A DNA stretch of 64,000 nt from Selaginella moellendorffii. Its lineage: Eukaryota > Plantae > Lycopodiophyta. Under the pieces are notes generated by a model, which was not told the DNA's origin, searched no databases, and saw only the letters and a list, made by a program, of their open reading frames with translations. Positions within the stretch are counted from its first letter, which is position 1; every line of letters starts with the position of its first letter. The stretch is from NCBI RefSeq assembly GCF_000143415.4, contig NW_003314283.1:1478330-1542329 (forward strand). Reading direction: 5' to 3'. A program made the translations under genes and the position numbers. Below, one piece after another: positions 51,319-63,223 of this stretch.

Positions 51319-54300
51319 TTGGTTGGCAGGGAAATCTCTCTCACTCCAAGGGTCCTAGGGAACTGGTCCCATCTCAAGACAGCTCTTGGGTGCATTAGAA
51401 GTTTGAGTGGACCTGGCGTGTGGACATAGGCCATGTTCCAAAGATACCTCATTGTTGGATCTACTAGAGCTTGTAGCCACATTCATGAATCTCTATGAAG
51501 GCACAGCACTCCTGCCCCAAGCAGTGCAGCTCGCAGGAGGCAGCGCTCCAAAGCTGGAGCCCACAATGAGATGAGTTGCAGCTTGCAGCAAGTCTGCTCC
51601 AGCTCATGCTGGATTTGCCATTGTATGCAACACAATTGCCTAAGATCTCAGCAACAACACCACTCACATTGAGAATCCTTGCACCCTTATCCAGGCCGTG
51701 CTGAGCTCCTCATCCAGAGTTTCTGAGGCAGCATATAGTATGAGACCATGTAAGCCTTGCAAGGATCCATGCCTCACAAGTGCAGCCTCCCAATGTGTGT
51801 CCAAGCCACTGACATTCCTATACTGCATCGCAGAAGGACAAAAGTTTTTCTCCAACAGCATTGAAAGTGTTGTCTGTGGCATGAGGTTGAGCATACTGGG
51901 GCCCCAAGTCCTCAATGCAAACGAGGCCACTCCTCATGTCCCTGGGAAGCCCTATTTCACTTTTGATTCCACACTGAATGCTTCACATACATCTTGATGA
52001 CACAAAATGTCTGCTATTTCCACATGGGTGTTTGGCACAGGCCTTGTATGCTTTCAAGGTATATTCATAATAATTTAATATAAGCCACACAAACAAAACC
52101 ATGTGAATGTTTATGAATAAAATTGTTAATCATGGAGGAGGTACATGATATACGGCCAAGAAAAAGAATGGACAGGTCAGCCATTGGCAGCAGTATGACT
52201 TTACCTAATATGCAGTCGTTCGAATTTTGGCTAGCGTGGTCTGAGTCGTATTACGATGAATGCAAGGGTGAAGCACTGGTATGATGGAGGCAATGGTGGC
52301 AAAGCACGGGCCTACAGTACATATCTTGCTCTGATAGTTTGCGCTGGAACTTACACGTGAACTATGTAAGTCAACAAAGAAGAAAACAAATACCAGGGAA
52401 GCAAGTTCCATAAAAAGAAGAGAATCTGATGTGAATCCAAACTTGCCATAGAAAGTCAGGCCATCTAATTCTGACAAGAACTATAGTTACATTTTATATA
52501 TCAGGCGGTTGAGACTTTGCATAAAGAAAGAAGGTAGCTTCTTGCTGCTTTCCTGCTCTTAAAACACGTGTTTAAAATGATGCATAAATACAGTATAACG
52601 CAAAACAAGTAGCAAACATTCTTTGACCACAAATTCCACTTGACGTATGACATTGTCTTGCAAAAACCTTTGTTTCAAAAAGAAGGCTTGTCAAACACAT
52701 CCTAAAGTTCTCAAGTTGCCAAAGACCACGTCTCGTCCTTTTGGAGACAGGATGGCCTACGCTGGAGCGAAGCATGTAACGTGTTGTGCAGCTTGAGCCG
52801 CTTACAAAATTGGACTGAAAAATACACAGCGTAAAACTTAGGCGGTGAATAGTGTCGGTATTGAGGAATTTTCGATCCAGGGCTTCTTCTTCACAACATT
52901 GATCCAGAGAAGGAGCAGAAGTAAAAGATTGTCAAAGTTAGTAGTGACTCCTATACTGCTGTAATGGTATTCATATATTTGTAGTAACAGAGGAAGCACT
53001 ATACAGTCAACAATATGTTCTCTATTTCTTCTGTTTGTACGGTTCATTTTTAGAATCCCAGATGGAGACAAAGAAGTGAGAGAAAAAATGGTATTTACTC
53101 TTTTTAAAATTTACAAAAAAATGGGCCTGAGGGAATTTACCCAGAATCAAAACCGTCTATCACATATTAGCAGACACTGACCTGCCTGTAGTGGCTGGGT
53201 CTGCCGTCTGGATATGTCACCAGCGTCATTCTGTAGCCTTGACGCTTGAGAAGCAACTGTTGACTCAAGTCGAGCTGCTCACAGGCCATTTCTCTGGCCT
53301 GCATACTCGAACCTCGGATGACTTTGGAGTGCAGCAGCATGAACTTGCCATCTGCCAGCTCCACCACCGCGTTGTGCCATGGTGTTGGGATGTGGAAGTT
53401 CTTCTCCTCGGAAGAACGCTGCGCTGCCACTAGAGAGGAATGGATGATGTTGATGCCATACTTGGGACCTCTGTTTGGATGCGGGTGGATGGAAATGCGC
53501 AGCTGCAAAGGGAAGAGCCACTCCACCATGGCCGAGTATGCACGGTTCCTGAGGATCATGAGGAAGGCAACCTGGCTGCACAGCTTCTTCTTGGCCGACT
53601 TTGACGGGAGATTCTTGCAGCTCTTGTGTTCGTACAAGTCCTCGAGCATGAACCTGGAGAAGCCACGATATAGATTGCGTGTCTCCGGCTCCTCCTTGAT
53701 CTCCTTGGTGACGGTGGACTCGTCACATCCAAACAAGCACATGAGAGCTCGCCTGGCATTCTCTGCATTGGCGGTGAGCTCAGTCGCAACGGGATGCTCC
53801 ACGGTGGTGTTGGAGATAAGCTTTGCAATGTCTTTGTCACTGTGGTTGTCCAGCAGAAACTCATCCAGGCGAAAGAAATTGACAAGGCCGGGATACAGAT
53901 TGTGTGCCATCTCCCAAAACATCTCGCCGTAAGAATCCACAGCAGCGTCGTCCGAGCCGACGAGATCAGAGAAGACATGGCCATCCGAGGCGACGTTGTA
54001 GTGCACGCCTGGAGCATACACGGCCTTGATGAGATCCGCAACAATCTTCATGGAATGGATGGCCAGCTCCTCGGCCTTGTCCGGGCACTTTCCCAGAGTC
54101 TTGTCGGGATTGCACGACTTGACTGGAAATGCGGGCAAGACGAACTCGAGTGGAATGTTTCTTGCGACGTGGTACCTCACCTTGTCCGCAAACCTCTGCT
54201 TGCCCCCACTTGTGAACCACTGGTCGTGCTTTGGGAAGTGGATGTAATTCTTCTCGATGATGTCCACAACTTGGGAGGTGATGTCGTCCACCTCTTGAGG

Positions 54301-54886
54301 TGTGTGCGAGCTGAAGGGCTCCAGAAGGCAATCTCTGGTCATGACGCCGTTGTCCAGCAGCAGAGAGGCCAGATAGCTCATGCTCTCGCTGTCCTCCTCC
54401 TGGAGATTGGGATCCTGGATGAAAACCACGCCCTCGAACCCGTTCCCAATGTATCTCTCGTAGACGGTGGCTGTCCACTCCTGGTCAGCTGCTGCTCCAA
54501 GCATGGAAATGGTGTACTTGTTCATATCTGGAGCAACTGAGCGTGTGGCCTGCTTTGCCGCCTCTAAATCTTCCGCCTTGTCGCTCGCGACCATGGAGGA
54601 GAACAAGAAATCGCACTTGGCTGCTAGTACTGGGACATGCCTAGACGCAGATTGTGAGACGAAGCCAATCTCACCACTCTCTCTGTGGATGTACAGGAAT
54701 GCAATCTTGTCCTTTGGATATGAACTTGCCATGGGTGTTATGAAGAAAAAGAGAAAATCTCAAATTTCAGGCTAGAGGATGGAAGATTGTAGACTGGGAT
54801 CGATGAATTGTCTGGGTTTCTCTGGTTGGGCTTTTATACCAGGAAGCCGCCCGACGCGCTTGACTGGAAAATTATCAAACGTGGGC
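51310..54886 (-). repeat. Inverted copy of ICS plus its downstream flank
   Basis: Reverse complement of ~13990-17570. Near-identical from ~51805 to ~54840 and visibly more diverged at 51310-51805. Confidence 0.9.
53167..54732 (-). CDS. DIT1-like: Isocyanide synthase Dit1/PvcA family, copy 4, divergent from the ABCG gene
   Basis: Protein identical to the other copies. Upstream homology to copies 1-3 ends at ~54886. Confidence 0.93.
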   Translation of the reverse strand: MASSYPKDKIAFLYIHRESGEIGFVSQSASRHVPVLAAKCDFLFSSMVASDKAEDLEAAKQATRSVAPDMNKYTISMLGAAADQEWTATVYERYIGNGFEGVVFIQDPNLQEEDSESMSYLASLLLDNGVMTRDCLLEPFSSHTPQEVDDITSQVVDIIEKNYIHFPKHDQWFTSGGKQRFADKVRYHVARNIPLEFVLPAFPVKSCNPDKTLGKCPDKAEELAIHSMKIVADLIKAVYAPGVHYNVASDGHVFSDLVGSDDAAVDSYGEMFWEMAHNLYPGLVNFFRLDEFLLDNHSDKDIAKLISNTTVEHPVATELTANAENARRALMCLFGCDESTVTKEIKEEPETRNLYRGFSRFMLEDLYEHKSCKNLPSKSAKKKLCSQVAFLMILRNRAYSAMVEWLFPLQLRISIHPHPNRGPKYGINIIHSSLVAAQRSSEEKNFHIPTPWHNAVVELADGKFMLLHSKVIRGSSMQAREMACEQLDLSQQLLLKRQGYRMTLVTYPDGRPSHYRQVSVC

Positions 54887-55186
54887 GATTGCCTTTGGGA
54901 AAAAAACGTGATTAGATTTTAACTGATATCATCGGAAAGGAAGTTTGATATGTAATTTCCTCTCGTGACCTTCCTACCAAGTTCCGCTTGACAACCACGG
55001 AAAACAAGATCTTTGATATCGTCAACATTTTCTATACATTTTTCTACAGTGTCGCCTACCAGCGTTGATTGTCGGGTCAAAGCTTTTCTCTTTGGCGGTA
55101 CTGTGATAGTAAATGGGTGAGAGCATAAGAACCTCTTCTTTGTGAGCTCTGCGTTTTGTGGAAAGTGGAAACACCATTGATCGACC
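54733..55186. promoter_or_regulatory. Shared divergent (bidirectional) promoter region between ICS copy 4 and ABCG
   Basis: 454 bp between the two ATGs. TATAAAA on the minus strand at 54832-54838, W-boxes TTGACT (54860-54865) and GGTCAA (55075-55080), CGCG box ACGCGC (54854-54859), T/G-box AACGTG (54878-54883). Function is inferred from the motifs. Confidence 0.6.
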
Positions 55187-58100
55187 ATGGAGGCTGCAAT
55201 GACGGGTGACCATTTTTCCGAGAGTGGATCGCTTCGTGTCGACGACGAGGAGGCTCTCAAATGGGTTGCGTTGGAAAAGCTTCCCACGCACAATCGTCTC
55301 AGGACAGCCCTCCTCCAGAATCTCGGGGAGGATGGACAGGAAATTGCTTATCAGGATGTCAAGAAGCTCGGATTCCAAGAGAAGAGGGGCCTCATCGAAA
55401 AGCTGCTGGGCGTCCAGGAATCAGAGGACGAGATCTTCGTCAAGAGGCTCCGCGAAAGAATCGATAGGCAAGTTCCAAGTTCTTACAACTTGTCAATCTC
55501 TTTGGAAGGGTTTTTTTCTTAGTTCTTTAGTTCTTTGTTTGCAGGGTTGGAGTCGAGCTTCCCAAAATCGAAGTCCGGTTTGAGGGTCTCACTGTTGAGG
55601 CTCAAACTCATGTGGGAAAGAGAGCTCTTCCCACGCTCTACAACTTTGTTGTCAATGGGGTGGAGAGAATTCTCGGCTTGCTTCATCTCATTTCATCAAA
55701 CAAGCATCCACTCAAAGTCTTGCGCAATATCAGTGGCATCATCAAGCCCTCCAGGTTTGTAGTGCTTCCTTCAATTCGCAAGAACTCCAATGAACTAGAA
55801 CTCATCTTACTTTCTTTCATTGAGACAGGATGACTTTGCTCTTGGGTCCTCCCAGTGCGGGCAAAACTACACTCCTTCTTGCACTCGCTGGGAAACTAGA
55901 CAAGTCACTTAAGGCAAGAACAAGCTCTCAGAAGTTCTCATCCTCGAAAAAATATGAAGAATTTTCTCTACAGTTTTTATTTATCTTCTTTTTTCTTTTC
56001 ATACAGGTTTCGGGTCGCATCACCTACAATGGCTCTGATATGACAGAGTTTGTGCCGCAAAGAACTTCTGCCTACATTAGCCAGCATGACTTGCATATGG
56101 GAGAACTGACCGTGAGAGAGACCTTTGATTTTTCTTCCCGGTGCCAAGGTGTTGGAAGCAGACATGGTAATATAATCTTCATCGCTATTGCATCACAGCT
56201 ACTGACTATCGCCAGCTCTTTGTTCTCTAAAACAGAAATGGTTATGGAGCTGGCAAGAAGAGAAAAGAATGCCAAAATCAAACCCGACCTTGCTATTGAT
56301 GCTTACATGAAGGCAAGGAACTTAACAAAAATGAATCAACTTTCTTATGTTTTCTGTGGAAACAGGCTTCTGCTATCAAAGGTCAGGCAACCACCATTGT
56401 CACAGATTACATCTTGAAGGTATGAGTGCCATTTTCTTAGCTAGTACCTTAGTTTAATATCATTGATTTTCTTTCTTTTCTTTCTTTTCGTCCTGTAGAT
56501 CCTAGGATTGGATATCTGCGCTGATACAGTTATTGGAGATGCAATGCGCAGAGGTATCTCCGGTGGACAAAAGAAGCGTGTTACTACTGGTTAGTCCTAA
56601 AACAATTGGATTGCAGAATTGCTTACAAGTTCTTTCCTAAACTTTCAGGGGAGATGCTGGTCGGGCCAGCCAAATCTCTTTTTATGGACGAGATTTCAAC
56701 TGGTCTTGACACCTCCACCACGTACCAAATCGTGAAAAGCTTGAGGCAGTCGGTTCATGTCTTGGATGCTACTGTGATTGTGTCTCTGCTACAACCAGCC
56801 CCGGAAACTTACGAGCTCTTCGACGACTTGATCCTCCTGGCCGAAGGCCAGATTGTTTATCAGGGCCCGCGGGATCTTGTGCTCGATTTCTTCGACTCCC
56901 AGGGATTCAAGTGTCCTGCAAGGAAAGGAGTCGCGGATTTCCTACAAGAAGTCACGTCGAGAAAAGACCAAGAGCAGTACTGGGCTGACGAGGAGAAGCC
57001 TTACGAATACGTATCCGTAGAGAAATTCTCAAGCGCATTCCGGCAGTTTCATGTTGGTCAGAACTTAGCCGAGGAGTTTTCGACGCCTTTTGACACGACT
57101 AAATCTCATCCAGCGGCACTTGTGACGAAGAAATACGGCCTCGGCAAGTGGGACATTTTCAAAGCAGTCCTGGCGAGGCAGATGCTCCTGATGAAAAGGG
57201 ACTCTTTTGTCTACGTCTTCAAGTGTACACAGGTACGTAGATGTTGATAATCTCGAGTCACTAAAGCAGAATTCGACTTTGCAGCTCTTTATCATGGCCG
57301 CGATCACGATGACAGTTTTCTTACGGACAAATATTCATGCCAACAACGTAAATGATGCGACACTGTACATGGGAGCATTGTTTTTTGGTCTGGCTACTAT
57401 CATGTTCAGTGGTTTCGCTGAGGTCTCCATGACAATCCAACGCCTCCCAGTGTTTTTCAAGCAAAGGGACCAAAAGCTATTTCCTGCCTGGGCATACTCA
57501 ATCTCTACAATAATCACAAGGCTTCCACTCTCGCTGCTGGAATCAGCAATCTGGGTGTTCATGACATACTACGTTATCGGCTTCGCTCCCAGCGCTTCAA
57601 GGTTTGTAAAACTTCTTACAAGGCTTGTTGATATCTCTAAGACATTTGTTAACTTTTTGACAGACTCTTTCGCCAGTTCTTGCTTCTGTTCTTGGTCCAT
57701 CAGATGGCAGGAGGACTTTTCCGATTTATCGCTGCACTCTCACAGAAAATCGTCATAGCAAACACGTTTGGCTCGTTCGCGCTCTTGGTCATCTTTGCGC
57801 TGGGTGGCTTTGTTCTCTCAAGAGGTAAAAGACTTGTTTCTCGCTGTTTATAGCATCTAATTTTCTTCCTTTTCATTTGGTTCCAGATAGCATACATCCT
57901 TGGTGGATCTGGGGCTATTGGTCGTCTCCAATGATGTATGGGCAAAACGCACTTGCTGTCAATGAGTTTAGTGCAACAAGGTGGCAGCGGGTGAGTCTTA
58001 TTTAAAAACTAGCTCAGAAGTTTGATCACCTTCTCTCTTTCCTGTAGATGGATGGGAATGCCACGATTGCGAGGAACTTCTTACAGTCCCGAGGACTCTT

Positions 58101-60841
58101 TGCTGATGGATACTGGTATTGGATTGGAGCTGGTGCTCAGCTTGGTTACATTATCTTTTTCAATGTTGGCTTCACGTTGGCTTTGACCTATCTCCGCGGT
58201 AAGTGATCACTCTTAAAGCTTTTCTCACAAACTTACGAAGTGTGCTCTTCTTATCTCTGGCAGCTCCAAGTAAATCCAATCAAGCAATAGCATCTGTGGA
58301 AACGACCAAAACGTACAAAAACCAGTTCAAAGCTTCTGATAGAGGTAAATTTACTATTTTCACGACCACGAGCGAGATCTGATTTCCATACCTTAATGCA
58401 GCTAACGAGATCGAGCTGAGCCAACCAGCTGAAAAGAAGAAGGGAATGGTTCTTCCTTTCAAGCCTCTGGCGTTGTCGTTCAGCAATGTCAACTATTACG
58501 TAGACATGCCTCCGGTTGGTTTGCAAAACTGAGCTCTTTCTCATGCGAAGTTCTCACATTGCTCATTTGATCACTTCCAGGAGATGCTAAAACAAGGCGT
58601 CACAGAGAGTAGACTCCAGCTTCTTCACGACATAAGCAGCAGCTTCAGGCCTGGAGTTCTCACGGCTCTGATGGGCGTAAGTGGAGCTGGAAAAACTACA
58701 CTCATGGATGTTTTGGCTGGACGTAAAACTGGTGGCCACATCGAGGGTGAGATCTCCATCTCGGGATATCCAAAGAGGCAGGAAACTTTCACCAGAGTCT
58801 CTGGCTATTGCGAGCAAAACGATATCCACTCGCCAAATGTGACTGTCTACGAATCGCTCGTCTTTTCTGCTTGGCTTCGACTGTCAGAGGATGTATCAAA
58901 AGAGACCAGACTGGTGAGTGCTTTTTCACAGGTTTCAGAGGTTTCAGAGGTTTCTCACTCTGTCGTTATTTCTTGTTTTCGTTGGCTTTCAAGTTTCTCA
59001 CGATTCTTGGTTGTTTTCTTGTGTAGATGTTTGTAGAGGAGATCATGGAGCTTGTGGAGCTCACTCCTATCCGCGATGCTATCGTTGGTCGCCCTGGAAT
59101 GGACGGGCTCTCCACGGAGCAGCGAAAGAGACTGACTGTAGCAGTGGAACTCGTTGCAAATCCCTCCATCATTTTTATGGACGAGCCAACTTCGGGTCTG
59201 GACGCTCGGGCTGCCGCGATTGTCATGAGAACAGTACGCAATACCGTCAACACGGGACGCACCGTCGTTTGTACCATTCACCAGCCGAGCATTGACATCT
59301 TCGAATCCTTTGATGAGGTAAGATCTTCTGATCAACAGAGAGTTTCTCTTTTCCCACTTTTGTGCTGATTGTTATGTTTGTGGTGTTTAGCTGCTGCTCA
59401 TGCAACGAGGTGGCCGAGTGATTTACTCTGGTCCTCTTGGAAAACATTCGAGCAGACTCATCGAATACTTCGAAGTAAGTTTCATATAGTTTTTCTCCAA
59501 CACTGCATTGTTAACGAGAGACTTTGTTTGCACAGGCTGTTCCTGGGGTTCCTCGTATCCACGACGGCTACAATCCAGCAACTTGGATGCTCGAGGTGAC
59601 GAATCCGGATGTAGAATACCGGCTCAATGTGAACTACACTGAGATCTACAAGTCGTCAACTCTCTACCAGTGAGTTTTAATATTCTTTTGCTGAGAGTTT
59701 TGGGACTGATCAATGCATTACCAGCCACAACCAAGCTGTGATTGCTGATCTACGCACACCTCCTCCAGGCTCGGTCGACTTGTCTTTTCCTTCGGAATTT
59801 CCTCTCTCGTTTGGGGGACAAGTAATGGCCTGCTTGTGGAAGCAGCATCGATCTTACTGGAAGAATCCTTACTATGTTTTGGGACGCCTGTTCTTCACGC
59901 TCACTGCTGCTCTCATGTTTGGCACCATGTTTTGGGACGTTGGCTCAAAGAGGTGGGCAAGCTTTAATCCTGATCTTTTCACAAAGTTTATGTTTACTTT
60001 GCAGGGAAAGGCAGCAAGACCTCTTTAACCTCATGGGATCCATGTATTCTGCCGTGTATTTTATTGGAGTTTGCAACGCAGCGGGGATTCAACCAGTTGT
60101 TTCAGTAGAGCGAGCTGTATACTATCGAGAAAAAGCTGCTGGAATGTATTCAGCTCTCCCCTATGCCTTTGCTCAGGTAAAGTTACATAGCGTTGGCTAT
60201 GGTGGCAAGAATCTTACTTGAAAGCGTCCTTTTCAGGTGATCATCGAGCTATTCTACGTTTTGGTTCAGGCAGTTTCATACGCGGGCATTGTTTACTCAA
60301 TGATGAAACTCGAGTGGACGGCCGCAAAGTTTTTGTGGTTCGTTTTCTTCTCCTACTTCTCCTTCCTCTTTTTCACGCTCTACGGGATGATGGCCGTGGC
60401 AATCACGCCCAACGAGAGGGTGGCGGCAATTTCTTCCACTGGATTCTACGCGCTGTGGAACCTCTTCTCGGGCTTCCTCATCCCTCGACCGGTGCGTATA
60501 TGATCAATCTTTTTTCGCGTTTGCCCGATCGAGGAGACTCATTTTTTTTCTCTTGCACGATGCAGAGCATGCCAATATGGTGGAGATGGTGCTACTGGCT
60601 TTCGCCACCCGCGTGGACTCTGTATGGAATCATCACTTCTCAGCTCGGGGATATCACTGCGCCACTGAGGCTCACAGACGAGACGAGGCTGCCAGTGCCA
60701 GTGCAAGAGTTTTTGAGAGACTACTTCGGCTACGAGCGCGATTTCCTGGGTGTGGTCGCAGGCGTGCATGTTGCGCTCGTCGTTACAATCGCGATCGTCT
60801 TCGGCCTGTGCATCAAGTTCTTGAACTTCCAGAGACGATAA
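55187..60841 (+). CDS. ABCG/PDR: Full-size plant ABC transporter, subfamily G (PDR type), ~22 exons
   Basis: N-terminal [19 protein letters not shown]1 has [24 protein letters not shown] and [13 protein letters not shown]2 has GVSGAGKT and [12 protein letters not shown]. Two TMD blocks; ends LNFQRR*. About 21 short introns traced by eye with no evident disruption. Confidence 0.95.
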
Positions 60842-61049
60842 AGCATCGCCAACACATTTTTGCTCCAGTTTTGATAAATGTAAATATTAAACAGGGATGT
60901 AATCCTACTCTGATTAATTAATATTTAATTCCAATGGTCAATGTTTGGTGCTCCCAATCCGGATCAGAACCGCAGAGCAATGGAAGCACGTAATCATATA
61001 ACAGGTCAGAGAAATCTACTGTAATGACATAACGCTTTTGTGCTTGCAG

Positions 61050-61477
61050 GGCTTGTTCCCAGCGCAGCTGCGAAATTGTCTACACTCTTTTACGTTCGGA
61101 GCATTTCCCTCCGGAGCACAACAATGGGCGTTACATGATCCGAGAGGCGAGCAGCACCCTGATGCAGTATGGCCAAGCAGCTTTACAAAGCGTGCTCGGA
61201 GAAGACGGAACAAAAAAGTATCCAGAAGAGTTTCACGCGCGATCATCGTCACAGGCGGTGCAGCTACAGGTTCTTTCATTCTCTTCGTTTAAGTTTTCCC
61301 TTGACGCGCTCCCTTTTGCTCCAGGCTTACTGTGTAGGTGAAGGAAACGACCGAGTTTCATCCTGCTTTTCAATTATAGCTGCCGAGCCAGAGCTGTGGC
61401 CCCGCACTCACGCAGCCTCATATCGCCGGTTGTGGGATTTGGTGAGGCAGATTGCAGCTATCGACAAGGAGACATGA
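61050..61477 (+). CDS. Possible small spliced gene or gene fragment of unknown function
   Basis: GC-richer open exon ACSQRSCEIV...AVQLQ, then a GT..AG intron (~61270-61324), then AYCVGEG...DKET*. No start or family recognised. Confidence 0.25.
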
Positions 61478-62451
61478 ACTTGTCCTGGAGAGCTCTTGGA
61501 AGAAGCCAGCAAGCTTGAATACCGTTGTTAAGTTACTCTTGGTTGAGAGTCTATTGTTGTGCATAGCATCATTCTTGAGCCTTTTTGTTGTTATGAGCCA
61601 TAGATAAAACTCGTCCTGTGCTTTCCATTATATTGTCACAGTTCCTTGTTTGGAAAAACTACAAGTCATCAAGGGACATTGTCTTTCTTCCACTCTAGAT
61701 TCTCATACCATTCATGGATGGATGGTGGAGCTCCTTCGAAGCCCAGGATTTCTTGTTCTTGTCAAACATTTCAGCTTGGAACTTCCATTCCTTTTTCCCG
61801 CCTCCAACATCCGATTTGATTTCGGTCCGGGCATTGTTTTCCGCTGGAGTGGTGGTCGTTTGCGGGGCCGCCACAGCTGCTTGGTACTTTCTGATAGGCC
61901 GTGATCATTGATTTGATGCCTAGCTCGAATGAATCCAGTCCCTCGGGCAGTTTTACCGGGCAGGAATCCATGGCAGCCACACTTCCCTCGCCGATGGCAC
62001 GGTTTCAACTTCAATGTTGCCTAACGGGTGTAGCTTGATGGTAGAGGCAGAAATCGTCTTTTTGTTCACCACCATAAACTCTCTTCCTTCCCCTAGGTCC
62101 TTGGTGAGTCGTTGAAGGGTATCTACTTTCCAATATCATCCAGAAGTTCCTTACCTATGTTTTTTCTAGAAAATCATCCACAACCTATGTAACTGTGTCA
62201 ATTAAAGCCCACAAAGAAGTGATAAGAGCCTGGTCCACTTTGAGTGAGCAATTTATAGCTTGTTCATGAATGATCGATCATACCTTGAGCACTACCTGAA
62301 ACGTACTTTGACAATCGTTTTCATGTTAATCAAGCCAGAGTTTGTAGCACCATCTACAACTAAAGAGAACAATGTAGGCATCTTTTCCTAAAAATTCTAC
62401 AGAAAAACAGAGAATGCCGACTGCCAGCTTCCCCGATCGTCATCATCCTGG

Positions 62452-63223
62452 TCATCCCCATGTTGTCAAATAAGCAAAGATGCATCTTACGGTGTGGGAG
62501 CCATGGCAAGGCAATAAGTGGTACTTGTCATGAGCTACTTTTTGTATGCTGGCGATGTCCGTGCAGGAATTCATATGCTCCACGAAGCCCTCGAGATCAA
62601 TCTCAAAAGCAGTTCCCTGCCTCTCCAGAACAAAATCTTCCAGAGCAGGATGCTTGAACACCTCTTCAGCGGGGAAAGTCATCTTGGTTGGGCTTGCTGA
62701 AGCTCCTGATCGTGTCCTTGCCCCATGACCGGCACCCCACAAAAAACTTGTAGCTCCCCTTTCGAGCCATCTCGTCGTACTCGAGAGAAAACCCAAACAC
62801 CAGATTCACAGACTCAAGCGCGAGAGAGTTCTTCTCCAAGATTGCATCATCCTCGCTGGTGAACGCAACTTCTCCCACCACGATCGGCTCCACAAACCCG
62901 TCGCTGCTCTTGGCTCCAAAATCCACCTTCTTGATCACGCCGGAGGAAAGGATCAAATGAGGGAACCCAAAACATACCCTCCTCATGCCGGTCTCGGGTA
63001 TGAGGGTGGCCGCCATCCACATCCGAGCTTGGCCATGGAAATGAGTGTTGTCCCCGCACACCAACAAGCTGCCATTCTCGTATTGCACGCCATAACTCGT
63101 GATCTCTTCGTAGTTTAGTAGCGCCTTGGCTTCCTCCCCGGACACGCCATCGCACACAAGAAACGGCCCTTGCCTCAAGCGTCTCCGGCGAGTAACATCA
63201 TCCAGCACGAGCTTAGCCTTCTT
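62452..63223 (-). pseudogene. Uma2/DUF820-like PD-(D/E)XK-fold (Crinkler C-terminal-like) gene with a probable 1-nt frameshift
   Basis: The pattern H...KKVD...PIVVGEVAFTSE resembles the H...PD...P.lVvEV..S motif. ORF 62666-63208 stops just after a C4 run, and the neighbouring frame continues AEEVFKHPALEDFVLERQGTAFEIDL. There is a possible splice acceptor at ~63224. Confidence 0.5.

Noticed and set aside
61650-62014. Short ORFs between ABCG and the Uma2-like gene
   Set aside because: Possibly a decayed exon, but there is no consistent frame or recognisable family.
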